DNA from: Actinomycetota bacterium
GTDB lineage: Bacteria > Actinomycetota > Coriobacteriia > Anaerosomatales > PHET01
NCBI GenBank assembly: GCA_029265315.1
Contig: JAJUJM010000008.1
Span: 37,777-101,776 of the forward strand
Direction of reading: 5' to 3'
Length of the DNA: 64,000 nucleotides
Each line of letters opens with the position of its first letter. Positions within the stretch are counted from its first letter, which is position 1. The translations under genes were made by a program, and so were the position numbers. Under the pieces are notes generated by a model, which worked only from the letters and a program-made list of their open reading frames with translations, was not told the DNA's origin and searched no databases. Shown piece after piece: positions 30,639 to 38,977 of the stretch.

Positions 30639-33068
30639 ATGGTCGAGTTCGACCGAAGCGCGTTCATAGCGAAGTTCCAAGAAGAGGCGCAGGACCTGCT
30701 CCAGCGCCTGAACGAGAGCGTCATCACGCTTGAGGGTGATCCGGAGAACCGTGAGCTCATCGACCAGATGATGCGCGACGCTCACACCATCAAGGGCTCC
30801 TCGCGCATGGTCGGGCTCATCGAGATCTCCGATGTCGCGCACTGGCTCGAAGACATCATGGTCAAGGTGCGCGATGGCGAGATGAAGTACACGCCGCAGA
30901 TGAGCGACTACTTCTTCGAAGCGCTCGACGCGATCGTGTACCTGGCGGACAACAACGGCGTGAACGAGGGCGGCCTGCTCGACCTCGACGGCCTCAAAGC
31001 GAAGTTGTCCGCTCTGGCCGAAGGCGGCACCGATGCGGCCAAGGCGGCAGAAGCCCAAGCGGCCGCCGCGCAGGACGCATCGGCTGTGGAGTCACCGCAG
31101 CCCGCTCCCAAGAAGCGCACACGGAAGAAGGCGGTACCCGAGGCCGAGGCCCCGGACCAACAGGGCAGCGCGCCCTCTGGGACTGACGAGCCCGAGGGCG
31201 CCGACGAGCAGGAAGCGCACGAGGACGAAGGCGACGAGGGCTCCGACAGCGCGAGACAAGAGGAGAAGTCGGCCGCCGTCGCGTCGAAGACGGCGCCCGG
31301 CAAGAAGGTGCCTGACGAGCTCAAGAGCAAGGTGCAGGCGACCATCCGTATCAGGACCACGCAGGTCGACTCGCTGCTCAACCTCATCAGCGAGGTGGTC
31401 ATCGGTCAGATAAAGGCCGAGCAGCGCGCGAACGAGATGCGGGCCATCCAGGCCGCCACCATGGAGACTTGGCAGACGTGGTTGCGCATGCGCTCGCTGC
31501 TCACGGCGCTTGACGAGCAGGGCGTCGCCGAAGGTCTCACCGAGGACATGAACCTTCTCGACACACGTCTGTCTGAGAGCCAACGCGCCCTGTCGGCGTT
31601 CGTCAAGGACTACACCGAGGACGTGAGTCGCACTTCCCTTGTCGTGAACGACCTTCAGGAGCAGGGCATGCGGCTGCGCATGCTGCCCGCCAACACCATC
31701 TTCCAGACGTTCCCGCGGGCGGTGCGCGACCTCGCCAAGCAGTTCAAGAAGGAGATCGATTTCCAGATCGAGGGTGGCGATACCGAGCTGGACAAGAAGG
31801 TCCTCGAGGAGATCAACGATCCGTTGGTCCACATCATGCGCAACTGCGTCGACCACGGCATCGAAGACCCCGAGACACGCAAGAAGCTCGGAAAGCCGCC
31901 GGTCGGCACCGTCAAGCTCGCGGCCCGTCAGGAGGGCGACCGGATCATCATCGAGATCACTGATGACGGTGCTGGGATCGACCCGGACAAGGTGCGCGAG
32001 TCCGCGGTACGCAAGGGCTACATCAGCGAGGCCGAGGCCGCGGCGATGTCCGACCGCGAAGCGATGTACCTCATCTTCGAGGCCGGTTTCTCCACTGCTG
32101 CGATCATCACGGAGATCTCGGGTCGTGGCGTCGGCATGGATGTCGTCCGCGAGTTCGTCGTCGAGAAACTCAAAGGTTCCTTGGACGTCGAATCCGAGGT
32201 CGGCAAAGGCACCCGGTTCAAGCTCACGATCCCGCTGACGCTCGCGATCATCCGCGCGCTGATGCTGCGTGTGGGCGACCAGATCTTCGCCATGCCGACC
32301 GGGTCGATCGATGAGACGCTGCGGATCGACCCGGCCGAGATCATCAAGGTCGAGGGACGCGAGGTGATCCGTCGCCAGCGTCGGACGATCCCGCTCGTGC
32401 GGCTCTCTGAGATCCTCGGCATACCCGCGCAGCCTCTGGAGGCGGCCAAACAACCAATCGTGACCATCGGTTACTCGGGGCACCGCATGGGGTTCATGGT
32501 CGACGGGTTCGTGGGCGAGCAGCAGATCGTGATCAAGCCGCTCGGCAGTCACCTGAAGAAGATCGACAACGTCGCGGGGGTCACCATCCTGGGCGCCGGC
32601 GAGGTCGTGCCGATCCTGAACATCCCTGACCTGATGGCCAACGCTCGCACCAAGTCGGGACAGCGTGTCGGTCCCGCGCAACGTGCCGAACGTGAGGGGC
32701 CGCGCAAGGTCCTCATCTGCGAGGACTCGTTCACGACCCGCGAGCTGGAGCGCTCGATCTTCGAGGCGGCCGGCTACGAGGTCGAGACCGCGGTCGACGG
32801 CGCACAAGGCTTCCAGAAGCTGCGGGACGGACTGAAGGTCGATGCGGTGGTGACTGACGTCCAGATGCCCAACATGACCGGTTTCGAGCTCACGAAGGCG
32901 ATCAAGTCGGACCCGACGCTGATGGCCATCCCCGTCATCATCGTGACGTCGCTCGAGCGTGACGAGGAGAAGGCAGAGGGCATCGAGGCCGGTGCGGACG
33001 CCTACATCACCAAGTCGGTCTTCAACCAGGACACGCTGCTCGACACGGTCGACCGCCTCATCCGCTGA
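30639..33068 (+). CDS. cheA: CheA histidine kinase fused to C-terminal receiver (CheA-CheY hybrid)
   Basis: ATG 30639 inside track ORF 30519-33068. HPt DAHTIKGSSRMVG, acidic linker, HATPase DDGAGID / GRGVGMDVV, CheW-like P5, C-terminal REC with DVQMPNMTG. Confidence 0.9.
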   Translation: MVEFDRSAFIAKFQEEAQDLLQRLNESVITLEGDPENRELIDQMMRDAHTIKGSSRMVGLIEISDVAHWLEDIMVKVRDGEMKYTPQMSDYFFEALDAIVYLADNNGVNEGGLLDLDGLKAKLSALAEGGTDAAKAAEAQAAAAQDASAVESPQPAPKKRTRKKAVPEAEAPDQQGSAPSGTDEPEGADEQEAHEDEGDEGSDSARQEEKSAAVASKTAPGKKVPDELKSKVQATIRIRTTQVDSLLNLISEVVIGQIKAEQRANEMRAIQAATMETWQTWLRMRSLLTALDEQGVAEGLTEDMNLLDTRLSESQRALSAFVKDYTEDVSRTSLVVNDLQEQGMRLRMLPANTIFQTFPRAVRDLAKQFKKEIDFQIEGGDTELDKKVLEEINDPLVHIMRNCVDHGIEDPETRKKLGKPPVGTVKLAARQEGDRIIIEITDDGAGIDPDKVRESAVRKGYISEAEAAAMSDREAMYLIFEAGFSTAAIITEISGRGVGMDVVREFVVEKLKGSLDVESEVGKGTRFKLTIPLTLAIIRALMLRVGDQIFAMPTGSIDETLRIDPAEIIKVEGREVIRRQRRTIPLVRLSEILGIPAQPLEAAKQPIVTIGYSGHRMGFMVDGFVGEQQIVIKPLGSHLKKIDNVAGVTILGAGEVVPILNIPDLMANARTKSGQRVGPAQRAEREGPRKVLICEDSFTTRELERSIFEAAGYEVETAVDGAQGFQKLRDGLKVDAVVTDVQMPNMTGFELTKAIKSDPTLMAIPVIIVTSLERDEEKAEGIEAGADAYITKSVFNQDTLLDTVDRLIR

Positions 33069-33080
33069 GAAGGGGGACTC

Positions 33081-34124
33081 GTGACCGACGGCAACAAGGT
33101 GCGCGTCGTCATCGCCGATGATTCGCTCGTCGCTCGCGAGATGCTCGCCCAGATCCTGAGCAGCGACCCGGACATCGAGGTCGTCGGACAGGCCAAGGAC
33201 GGGAGTGAGGCGGTCGAGCTCGTCGAGCGGCTGCGACCGGACCTTGTGACCATGGACATCCACATGCCCAAGCTCGACGGGCTCAGGGCGACCGAGAAGA
33301 TCATGGCGTTCACGCCGACGCCCATTCTCGTCGTCTCTTCCTCGGTTCACGGCGAGGGCATGGGCAGGGCATTCGACGCGCTGAACCTCGGTGCCCTCGA
33401 GGTTATCAAGAAGCCCGAGCCCCGGGACTGGGCCGAGCTCGACCGTATCGGTCGCGAGGTCATCCGCAAGGTCAAGATCCTCGCCAACGTCCGGGTGATC
33501 ACGCACATCCGTGGGCGCAGGGGCATCTCTCAGGTCGCGGCGCCGGTACACGCGGGCAAGGCCAAGCGTTCGCTCGTGGCCATCGGTTCGTCCACCGGGG
33601 GGCCATCTGCGCTTCTCGCGGTCCTCGGAAGGCTGCCGCAGGACTTCCCGGTGCCGATCGTGGTGGCGCAGCACATCGCCGACGGGTTCGTTCCCGGCCT
33701 CGTGAGCTGGCTCGACTCGGGGTGCCGCATACGGGTGGTGGCGGCCTCCGATGGTCAACGGATCGAGCCTGGCGTGGCACATTTCGCGCCCACCGGTTCG
33801 AACATGGTGCTCGACGGCACCACCATCAGGTTCCAGCCGCCCGGCCGGGGTCAACTCTACATCCCAAGCGCGGACACCTTGTTCGATTCTGTCGCGGTCA
33901 GCCATGGGAATCGCGCCGTCGGGGTGTTGCTCACCGGTATGGGGGCGGATGGCGCCGAGGGGCTCAAGCTGATGCGCAACAAAGGTGCGGCGACCATCGC
34001 TCAGGACGAGGAGACCTGCACGGTCTTCGGTATGCCCAAGGCGGCCATCGACATCGGAGCAGCCGAGAAGGTGCTCCCAGTCACGAAGATCGCCGAGGCG
34101 ATCGAGGAGCTCATCGCCGGCTGA
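33081..34124 (+). CDS. cheB: Chemotaxis response-regulator protein-glutamate methylesterase CheB
   Basis: GTG after GAAGGGGGA. REC (VIADDS, MDIHMPKLDG) plus CheB esterase (GSSTGGP, AQHI, GMGADG, TCTVFGMP). Confidence 0.9.
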   Translation: MTDGNKVRVVIADDSLVAREMLAQILSSDPDIEVVGQAKDGSEAVELVERLRPDLVTMDIHMPKLDGLRATEKIMAFTPTPILVVSSSVHGEGMGRAFDALNLGALEVIKKPEPRDWAELDRIGREVIRKVKILANVRVITHIRGRRGISQVAAPVHAGKAKRSLVAIGSSTGGPSALLAVLGRLPQDFPVPIVVAQHIADGFVPGLVSWLDSGCRIRVVAASDGQRIEPGVAHFAPTGSNMVLDGTTIRFQPPGRGQLYIPSADTLFDSVAVSHGNRAVGVLLTGMGADGAEGLKLMRNKGAATIAQDEETCTVFGMPKAAIDIGAAEKVLPVTKIAEAIEELIAG

Positions 34125-34346
34125 TAGCTTGTTCATCGTCGCTCATGTCGTGGCCGTTCATGCTCCGTCGAGAACCGCTCGACGATTTGCCCTCACTCGA
34201 TAGGGCTCGTGCTCGATGTTGACCCTAAACTCCCGACCTCACGACACCGATAGCGTCGTATGACGCACGAAGGCCGCACACCTCCCCGCCGGCATCGGGG
34301 ACGCGGCATGGCCTGCAATCGACAACGGAAGAAGGGGTGAGGGCGC

Positions 34347-35954
34347 ATGGCGCTCGGTGTCTACGTCTCCCGCTGCGCGGGACGGGTCGACGCCGCACTC
34401 GACGTCGGGGACGCGCTTGATGGCGTGGCCTCGCGGGCTGCGGTGACCCGGGTGTTCGACGATTTCTTCGATGTGGGTGTGGCGGACTCCATCGTCGCCG
34501 ATGTCTCCGCCCACGGTCTGGACGCCGTCGTCTTGGCCGGCCACTCGGAGGAGCACTACCGCAAGAGCCTGTCCGCGAGCCACCTCATCGACCGAATCGC
34601 GGAGGCGGGCGTCAACCCCAACCGCATCGTCGCTGCCAACATCCTCGAACAGTGCGCGCTGGCGCATCCGGACGACCGCGCGGGCGCCACCGCGAAAGCC
34701 CGGGCCATCATCGGTGTCGCTGCGGACAGGGCCGGCTCCGGTGATGCGGTCGAGGGCGAGAGCGTCCGGCCGAAGTGCTCGGTCATGGTCCTGGGGGCGA
34801 GCGCGGAGGCGTTCGTCGCGGCGCAACGCCTGCTTCGCCTGGGGTACTCCGTCGTGCTCGCCGATCGCGAGGACGGCTGCGCCCGGGCCGGCAGGGCCCA
34901 GAGCATGCACGCGACGGCTTCGTACGTGCTCGGGCACCCGGCGGCCACGATCGTCGACAGCTCGCGGCTCGTCGATGGGGACGGGTTCCTCGGTGACTAC
35001 CACCTCGTCTTGGAGTCGCCGGAGGGCACGGTCACCTACGAGGTCGGGGGCATCCTGCTCGCGCGTCCTGACCACACGGAGTGGGTGGAGGAGCTGCGGC
35101 GTCACTTCCGCGTGGACGTCGACGATTCGGGGTTCGCCCGGTCGCTTGACCCGACGATGCACCCCGCTGAGACCGTGGACGAGGGCATCATGGTCATGCC
35201 GTTGCGTCGGAGCGATGCCAAGGAGTCAGAGAAGGTCGCTGCGGCCGACGCTGCGGCGATGGCGCTCGTGCTGAAGCTGTCCCATGACACGGTCGTACGG
35301 TACCGCCACACCTCGGTCGTCGATGAGTCCCTGTGCGGAGGCTGTGCCACATGTGTGCGCACGTGCGCGTTCGGTGCCTGCTACATCGGTGACGACGGGT
35401 TCAGCCACGTCGACGCCCGTCGCTGTGTGGGCTGTGGCAAGTGCGTCGTGAGCTGTCCGGTCGGAGCCAGAGACATCCTGAGCTCGCCGCACGACCATCT
35501 CATGCGCGCCGTGCGGGACCTCGCACAGGTCGAGACCACCTCCGACAAGGTGATCGGGTTTCTGTGCGGAGGGTGTGGCTACCCCGCCGCGGACCATGCG
35601 GCGAAGACCGTCGCGGAGCGCGGCGAGGGATACCCCTCATCATTCCTGCCCGTCCGGATTCCGTGCGGCGGGCGGCTCGACACGCTGTACGTGCTCGAGG
35701 CGTTCAAGGCCGGCTTCGACGGCGTGTGCGTGTATCGGTGCCGGGACGGTCACTGTCACAACCGGGTGGGCAACCTCGACATGGACCGGCGAGTGAATCT
35801 ACTCCGCACGGTGCTGCGCAGTCGAAACATCGATGACGCCCGCCTGCGCATCGTCGACATCTCGCCGTTCGAGGGCGACCACTTCGTCGACACACTGAAC
35901 GAGGTGTACGCCACGATCGGCGGCCTCACGAACGGGAAAGGAGGTGCGTTGTGA
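34347..35954 (+). CDS. HdrA-like / 2x[4Fe-4S] ferredoxin / MvhD-domain fusion protein (hydrogenase-associated electron-transfer subunit)
   Basis: CGGCATCVRTC...CVGCGKCVVSCP ferredoxin motifs. C-terminal MvhD/FlpD-like FLCGGCGYP...IPCGGRL...YRCRDGHCHN. The Rossmann region reads VLGASAEAF, so GxGxxG is degenerate. Confidence 0.65.
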   Translation: MALGVYVSRCAGRVDAALDVGDALDGVASRAAVTRVFDDFFDVGVADSIVADVSAHGLDAVVLAGHSEEHYRKSLSASHLIDRIAEAGVNPNRIVAANILEQCALAHPDDRAGATAKARAIIGVAADRAGSGDAVEGESVRPKCSVMVLGASAEAFVAAQRLLRLGYSVVLADREDGCARAGRAQSMHATASYVLGHPAATIVDSSRLVDGDGFLGDYHLVLESPEGTVTYEVGGILLARPDHTEWVEELRRHFRVDVDDSGFARSLDPTMHPAETVDEGIMVMPLRRSDAKESEKVAAADAAAMALVLKLSHDTVVRYRHTSVVDESLCGGCATCVRTCAFGACYIGDDGFSHVDARRCVGCGKCVVSCPVGARDILSSPHDHLMRAVRDLAQVETTSDKVIGFLCGGCGYPAADHAAKTVAERGEGYPSSFLPVRIPCGGRLDTLYVLEAFKAGFDGVCVYRCRDGHCHNRVGNLDMDRRVNLLRTVLRSRNIDDARLRIVDISPFEGDHFVDTLNEVYATIGGLTNGKGGAL

Positions 35955-36844
35955 GCAGGCCGACACTCGCCACGGTATCACTCGGAGGCTGCGAAGGCTG
36001 CCACGTCGCGCTGCTCGACGCACACGAGCGTCTGCTCGACCTGCTGGCGGCCGCCGACCTCGTGCACTCGCCCTTCAGCGGCGAGGAGGAGATACCCGAG
36101 AACGTGGACGTCGTGATGGTCGAAGGGGCCATCACGACCGAGGAGGACCTGCGCCGACTGCTGGCGGCCCGCGCTGCCGCGACGACGCTCGTCGCCGTCG
36201 GGTCCTGCGCGGTGCTCGGGGGCATAGGCGGGCTGCGCAACCTGGACCCGGTCGAGGAGGTGACGGCGACGGCGTTCGGTGACGCGGCGGGGTCGAAGTC
36301 CGAACGGCTCCCGCGCTTGCGTCGCCGCGTCCAGCCGGTCACTGACTTCGTGGACGTCGAGATCAGCGTGCCGGGCTGCGCGCCCGAGACCCAGCTCATC
36401 GTCGACGCGTTGACGGCGGCCGTGACGGGGACCCCGTACGAGCTGGACCGCCGTAACCTGTGTGACGAGTGCCCGCGTGAGAAGCAGACGTTGCTCGAGC
36501 ACTCCTCGGAGTTCGTCTCTGACAGCGTGGTGGCCCTGATGGAGCTCGATGAGATCGACGAGAAGCGCTGTCTGCTCGAGCAGGGTCTCATCTGCATGGG
36601 CCCGATGACGCGTGAGGGCTGCGGAGCCAAGTGCACGTCGATGAACGTGCCGTGCCGTGGCTGCATGGGCCCGAGCCGCATGGAGTTCGAACAAGGCGCC
36701 AAGACGATCGACGCGCTGGCGGCGGTGCTGCCGGCGGGCGCGATCATGTACATGGACGACCTCATCGGGACGAGCTACCGGTTCTCGATGCCGGTGTCCG
36801 TGTTCCCCGCGGCCTACCAGCATGAAGGAGGCGAAGATGCCTGA
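35951..36844 (+). CDS. [NiFe] hydrogenase small subunit, group 3 (MvhG-like)
   Basis: GTGA overlap with the upstream gene. LGGCEGCH proximal-cluster motif. GSCAVLGG. C-terminal Cys clusters CDECP...CMGPMTREGCGAKC...CRGCMGP. Confidence 0.8.
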   Translation: MSRPTLATVSLGGCEGCHVALLDAHERLLDLLAAADLVHSPFSGEEEIPENVDVVMVEGAITTEEDLRRLLAARAAATTLVAVGSCAVLGGIGGLRNLDPVEEVTATAFGDAAGSKSERLPRLRRRVQPVTDFVDVEISVPGCAPETQLIVDALTAAVTGTPYELDRRNLCDECPREKQTLLEHSSEFVSDSVVALMELDEIDEKRCLLEQGLICMGPMTREGCGAKCTSMNVPCRGCMGPSRMEFEQGAKTIDALAAVLPAGAIMYMDDLIGTSYRFSMPVSVFPAAYQHEGGEDA

Positions 36845-38249
36845 GGTCGTCAATCTCCCCGCGATCAAGCGGATCGAAGGCCACGGGCGTATCGCCCTCC
36901 ACCTGGACGAGGCGGGGCGTGTGGCCGACGCGCACTTCGACGTGATCGAGTTCCGGGGCTTCGAGCGCATGCTCGAGGGGCGCATGGTCTGGGAGATGCC
37001 GCTCATCACGAGCCGCATCTGCGGCGTGTGCCCCGTCTCGCACCACCTCGCGGCGGTCAAAGCGGTGGACGCGCTCTACGGAGTCCAGATCCCGCGCACA
37101 GCCGCGTTGCTGCGCGAGCTGCTGCATCTGGGCGGATTCGTCCAGGACCACGCGCTGCACTTCTTCTTCCTGGCCGGCCCGGACTTCCTCACCGGCGAGG
37201 GTGCGAGTCGTGACCTGCTCGGGGTCATCGAGGCCAGGCCGGACCTGGCTCGCGCTGCGATCGGGCTGCGAAAGGCAGGGCAGAGGGTCGTCGAGGCGGT
37301 CGGTGGGCGCACGAGCCACCCGGTGGCCGCCATCCCCGGCGGGATGAGCAAGGCGCTCGACGCGGAGGTGCGTGACGAGCTGCTCACGCTTGCCAGGAGC
37401 GTGCTGCCTGACGCTTTGCAGGCGGCCGAGCTCGCGGCCGAGACCACGGCGCGGCTGCTCGCCGAGCATCCGAACTATGCCGAGAACCCTGCGTACAACA
37501 TGGCTCAGATGCGTGACGGCGCCTTCGCGATCTACGACGGCACGATTCGCGTCAACGCCCCGGACGGGTCGCCGTTCGCGGCGTTCGATGCGAGCGAGTA
37601 CGAGAGCCACATCAGCGAGCGTGTGCTCGACGGCAGCTACGCGAACTCGCCGTACCTGAGTGCGCTCGGGGCTCAGGCGGGCGGGTACCGTGTCGGTCCG
37701 CTCGCTCGTGTGAACATGGCCGAATCGATGGGGACGCCGCACGCCGACGAGCTGCTCGCCGGGTTCCGCGAGCGCCACGGACGCCCGGTCCATGCGGTGC
37801 TCGCGTTCCACCACGCGAGGATGATCGAGCTCGTCGCGGCGGTAGAGCGCATGATCGACGTTCTCGAGGACGACGAGATCGGGTCGGACCAGGTGCGCGT
37901 CCGTGTGGACCGGGGCGTCGCCGGCCGCGGCATCGCGGCGGTGGAAGCTCCGCGGGGCACCCTCATCCACCACTACGAGGCCGACATGATGGGCAAGGTC
38001 ACGAAGGCGAACCTCATCGTGGCCACCACCCATAACGTCGGCTCGCTCGATTCCGCGGTTCTTGAGGCGGTACGCGGACTCGCGAAGGACGAGGCTCTCA
38101 CGGAGGGCAGCGTGCGCCACATGGAGCTCGGCATCCGCGCTCACGACCCGTGTCTGAGCTGCGCGACCCACGAGATCGGGCGTATGCCATTGGTCGTCAC
38201 CGTTCACGCTGCGGACGGGACCCTCGTCGCCGAGAAGGGGGTGGCGTAG
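36837..38249 (+). CDS. [NiFe] hydrogenase large subunit, group 3 (MvhA-like)
   Basis: ATG 36837 after GGAGGCGAAG, overlapping the small-subunit 3' end. N-terminal RICGVCPVSH. C-terminal DPCLSCATH followed by a cleavable extension. Confidence 0.85.
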   Translation: MPEVVNLPAIKRIEGHGRIALHLDEAGRVADAHFDVIEFRGFERMLEGRMVWEMPLITSRICGVCPVSHHLAAVKAVDALYGVQIPRTAALLRELLHLGGFVQDHALHFFFLAGPDFLTGEGASRDLLGVIEARPDLARAAIGLRKAGQRVVEAVGGRTSHPVAAIPGGMSKALDAEVRDELLTLARSVLPDALQAAELAAETTARLLAEHPNYAENPAYNMAQMRDGAFAIYDGTIRVNAPDGSPFAAFDASEYESHISERVLDGSYANSPYLSALGAQAGGYRVGPLARVNMAESMGTPHADELLAGFRERHGRPVHAVLAFHHARMIELVAAVERMIDVLEDDEIGSDQVRVRVDRGVAGRGIAAVEAPRGTLIHHYEADMMGKVTKANLIVATTHNVGSLDSAVLEAVRGLAKDEALTEGSVRHMELGIRAHDPCLSCATHEIGRMPLVVTVHAADGTLVAEKGVA

Positions 38250-38251
38250 CC

Positions 38252-38491
38252 GTGGACGCCTCAACAGCGCTTGACCAGCTGCGCGCCAAGCTCGAGGCGA
38301 CGTTCGGCAAGGGCATGGCGGTCATGATCCTCGCCAGCGCGAGTAACGCAGCCGGGGTCTCCACCATCGGCATGACCGAAAGCGACTTCGTCAAGCTGGC
38401 CGAAGCGGTAGCGGCCGACCAGCGTGTCATCGACATGTGGGGCGTCGCCGGGGCCGCGGACGCCTATACGCAGTGGCGTCAGCTCGTGTGA
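38252..38491 (+). CDS. Small hypothetical protein (79 aa) downstream of the hydrogenase large subunit
   Basis: GTG 38252 lies 3 nt after the large-subunit stop. No recognisable motif. Overlaps the convergent protease gene by 13 nt. Confidence 0.35.
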   Translation: MDASTALDQLRAKLEATFGKGMAVMILASASNAAGVSTIGMTESDFVKLAEAVAADQRVIDMWGVAGAADAYTQWRQLV

Positions 38492-38934
38492 CGTTCATCG
38501 AGCAGGGACGCGATCACGGAGGCCGCTTCGATCGAGGCGGCCTCCGCCGTCTCTGAGAGTGTCTCGGCGTGTCCCATCTCGGGTGCCGCAACGGCGACGA
38601 GGGTGGCTGCAGGCGCGCGCCCATAGAGCGCTTCTGCCAAGGCCAGCAGCGACGGCGCGTCGATGGTATGACCCGTGGGACGCACGGCCGGCCCTGGTGA
38701 CAGCGGCTCGACGGTGACCGGCGGTGAGGAGCGCCGGAGCGCGTCGACGACGAGCAGAAGGTCGGCGCGGGCCACGTCCTCGGCCATGGCCACGTCGAGG
38801 TCGGTCGTGGTGATGACCCGCGCGCCTGCGGGCAGCGGAAGGTCGATGAGCAGCCGCGCCACACGGTGTGCGACGCCGTCGTCGCCGCGGGCCATGTTCC
38901 CGATGCAGATGATGAGCGTCGTGTCCATCGTCAC
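38479..38934 (-). CDS. Hydrogenase maturation endopeptidase (HycI/HoxM/FrhD family)
   Basis: N-terminal LIICIGNMARGDDGVAHRVA and later GHTID motifs typical of [NiFe] large-subunit C-terminal proteases. Confidence 0.8.
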   Translation of the reverse strand: MTMDTTLIICIGNMARGDDGVAHRVARLLIDLPLPAGARVITTTDLDVAMAEDVARADLLLVVDALRRSSPPVTVEPLSPGPAVRPTGHTIDAPSLLALAEALYGRAPAATLVAVAAPEMGHAETLSETAEAASIEAASVIASLLDERHTS

Positions 38935-38964
38935 AGTATGACCGACGCGCGTGGATTCGAGCGG

Positions 38965-38970
38965 TATACT
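38965..38970 (+). promoter_or_regulatory. Candidate -10 box TATACT placing the TSS at the murI ATG (leaderless)
   Basis: The TATACT ends 7 nt before ATG 38978. There is no Shine-Dalgarno in between. Confidence 0.3.
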
Positions 38971-38977
38971 TCAGGGC

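Noticed and set aside
31092-34136. 1014-aa minus-strand ORF, the longest in the track
   Set aside because: It is exactly antisense to cheA and cheB, which have unmistakable domain motifs. Its translation is an R/G/D/H/L-rich low-information sequence with no motifs. This is a typical stop-codon-poor antisense frame in high-GC DNA.
34239-35162. 307-aa minus-strand ORF upstream of or overlapping the hydrogenase operon
   Set aside because: Antisense to the HdrA-like/MvhD fusion gene. It has no motifs and an Arg/Asp/Val-rich artefactual composition.
36762-38264. 500-aa minus-strand ORF; similar cases at 35978-37060, 38495-39730, 44033-45436 and 6935-8269
   Set aside because: All are antisense to genes with strong family signatures: [NiFe] hydrogenase subunits, murI, tig/clpP and tkt/ftsE.
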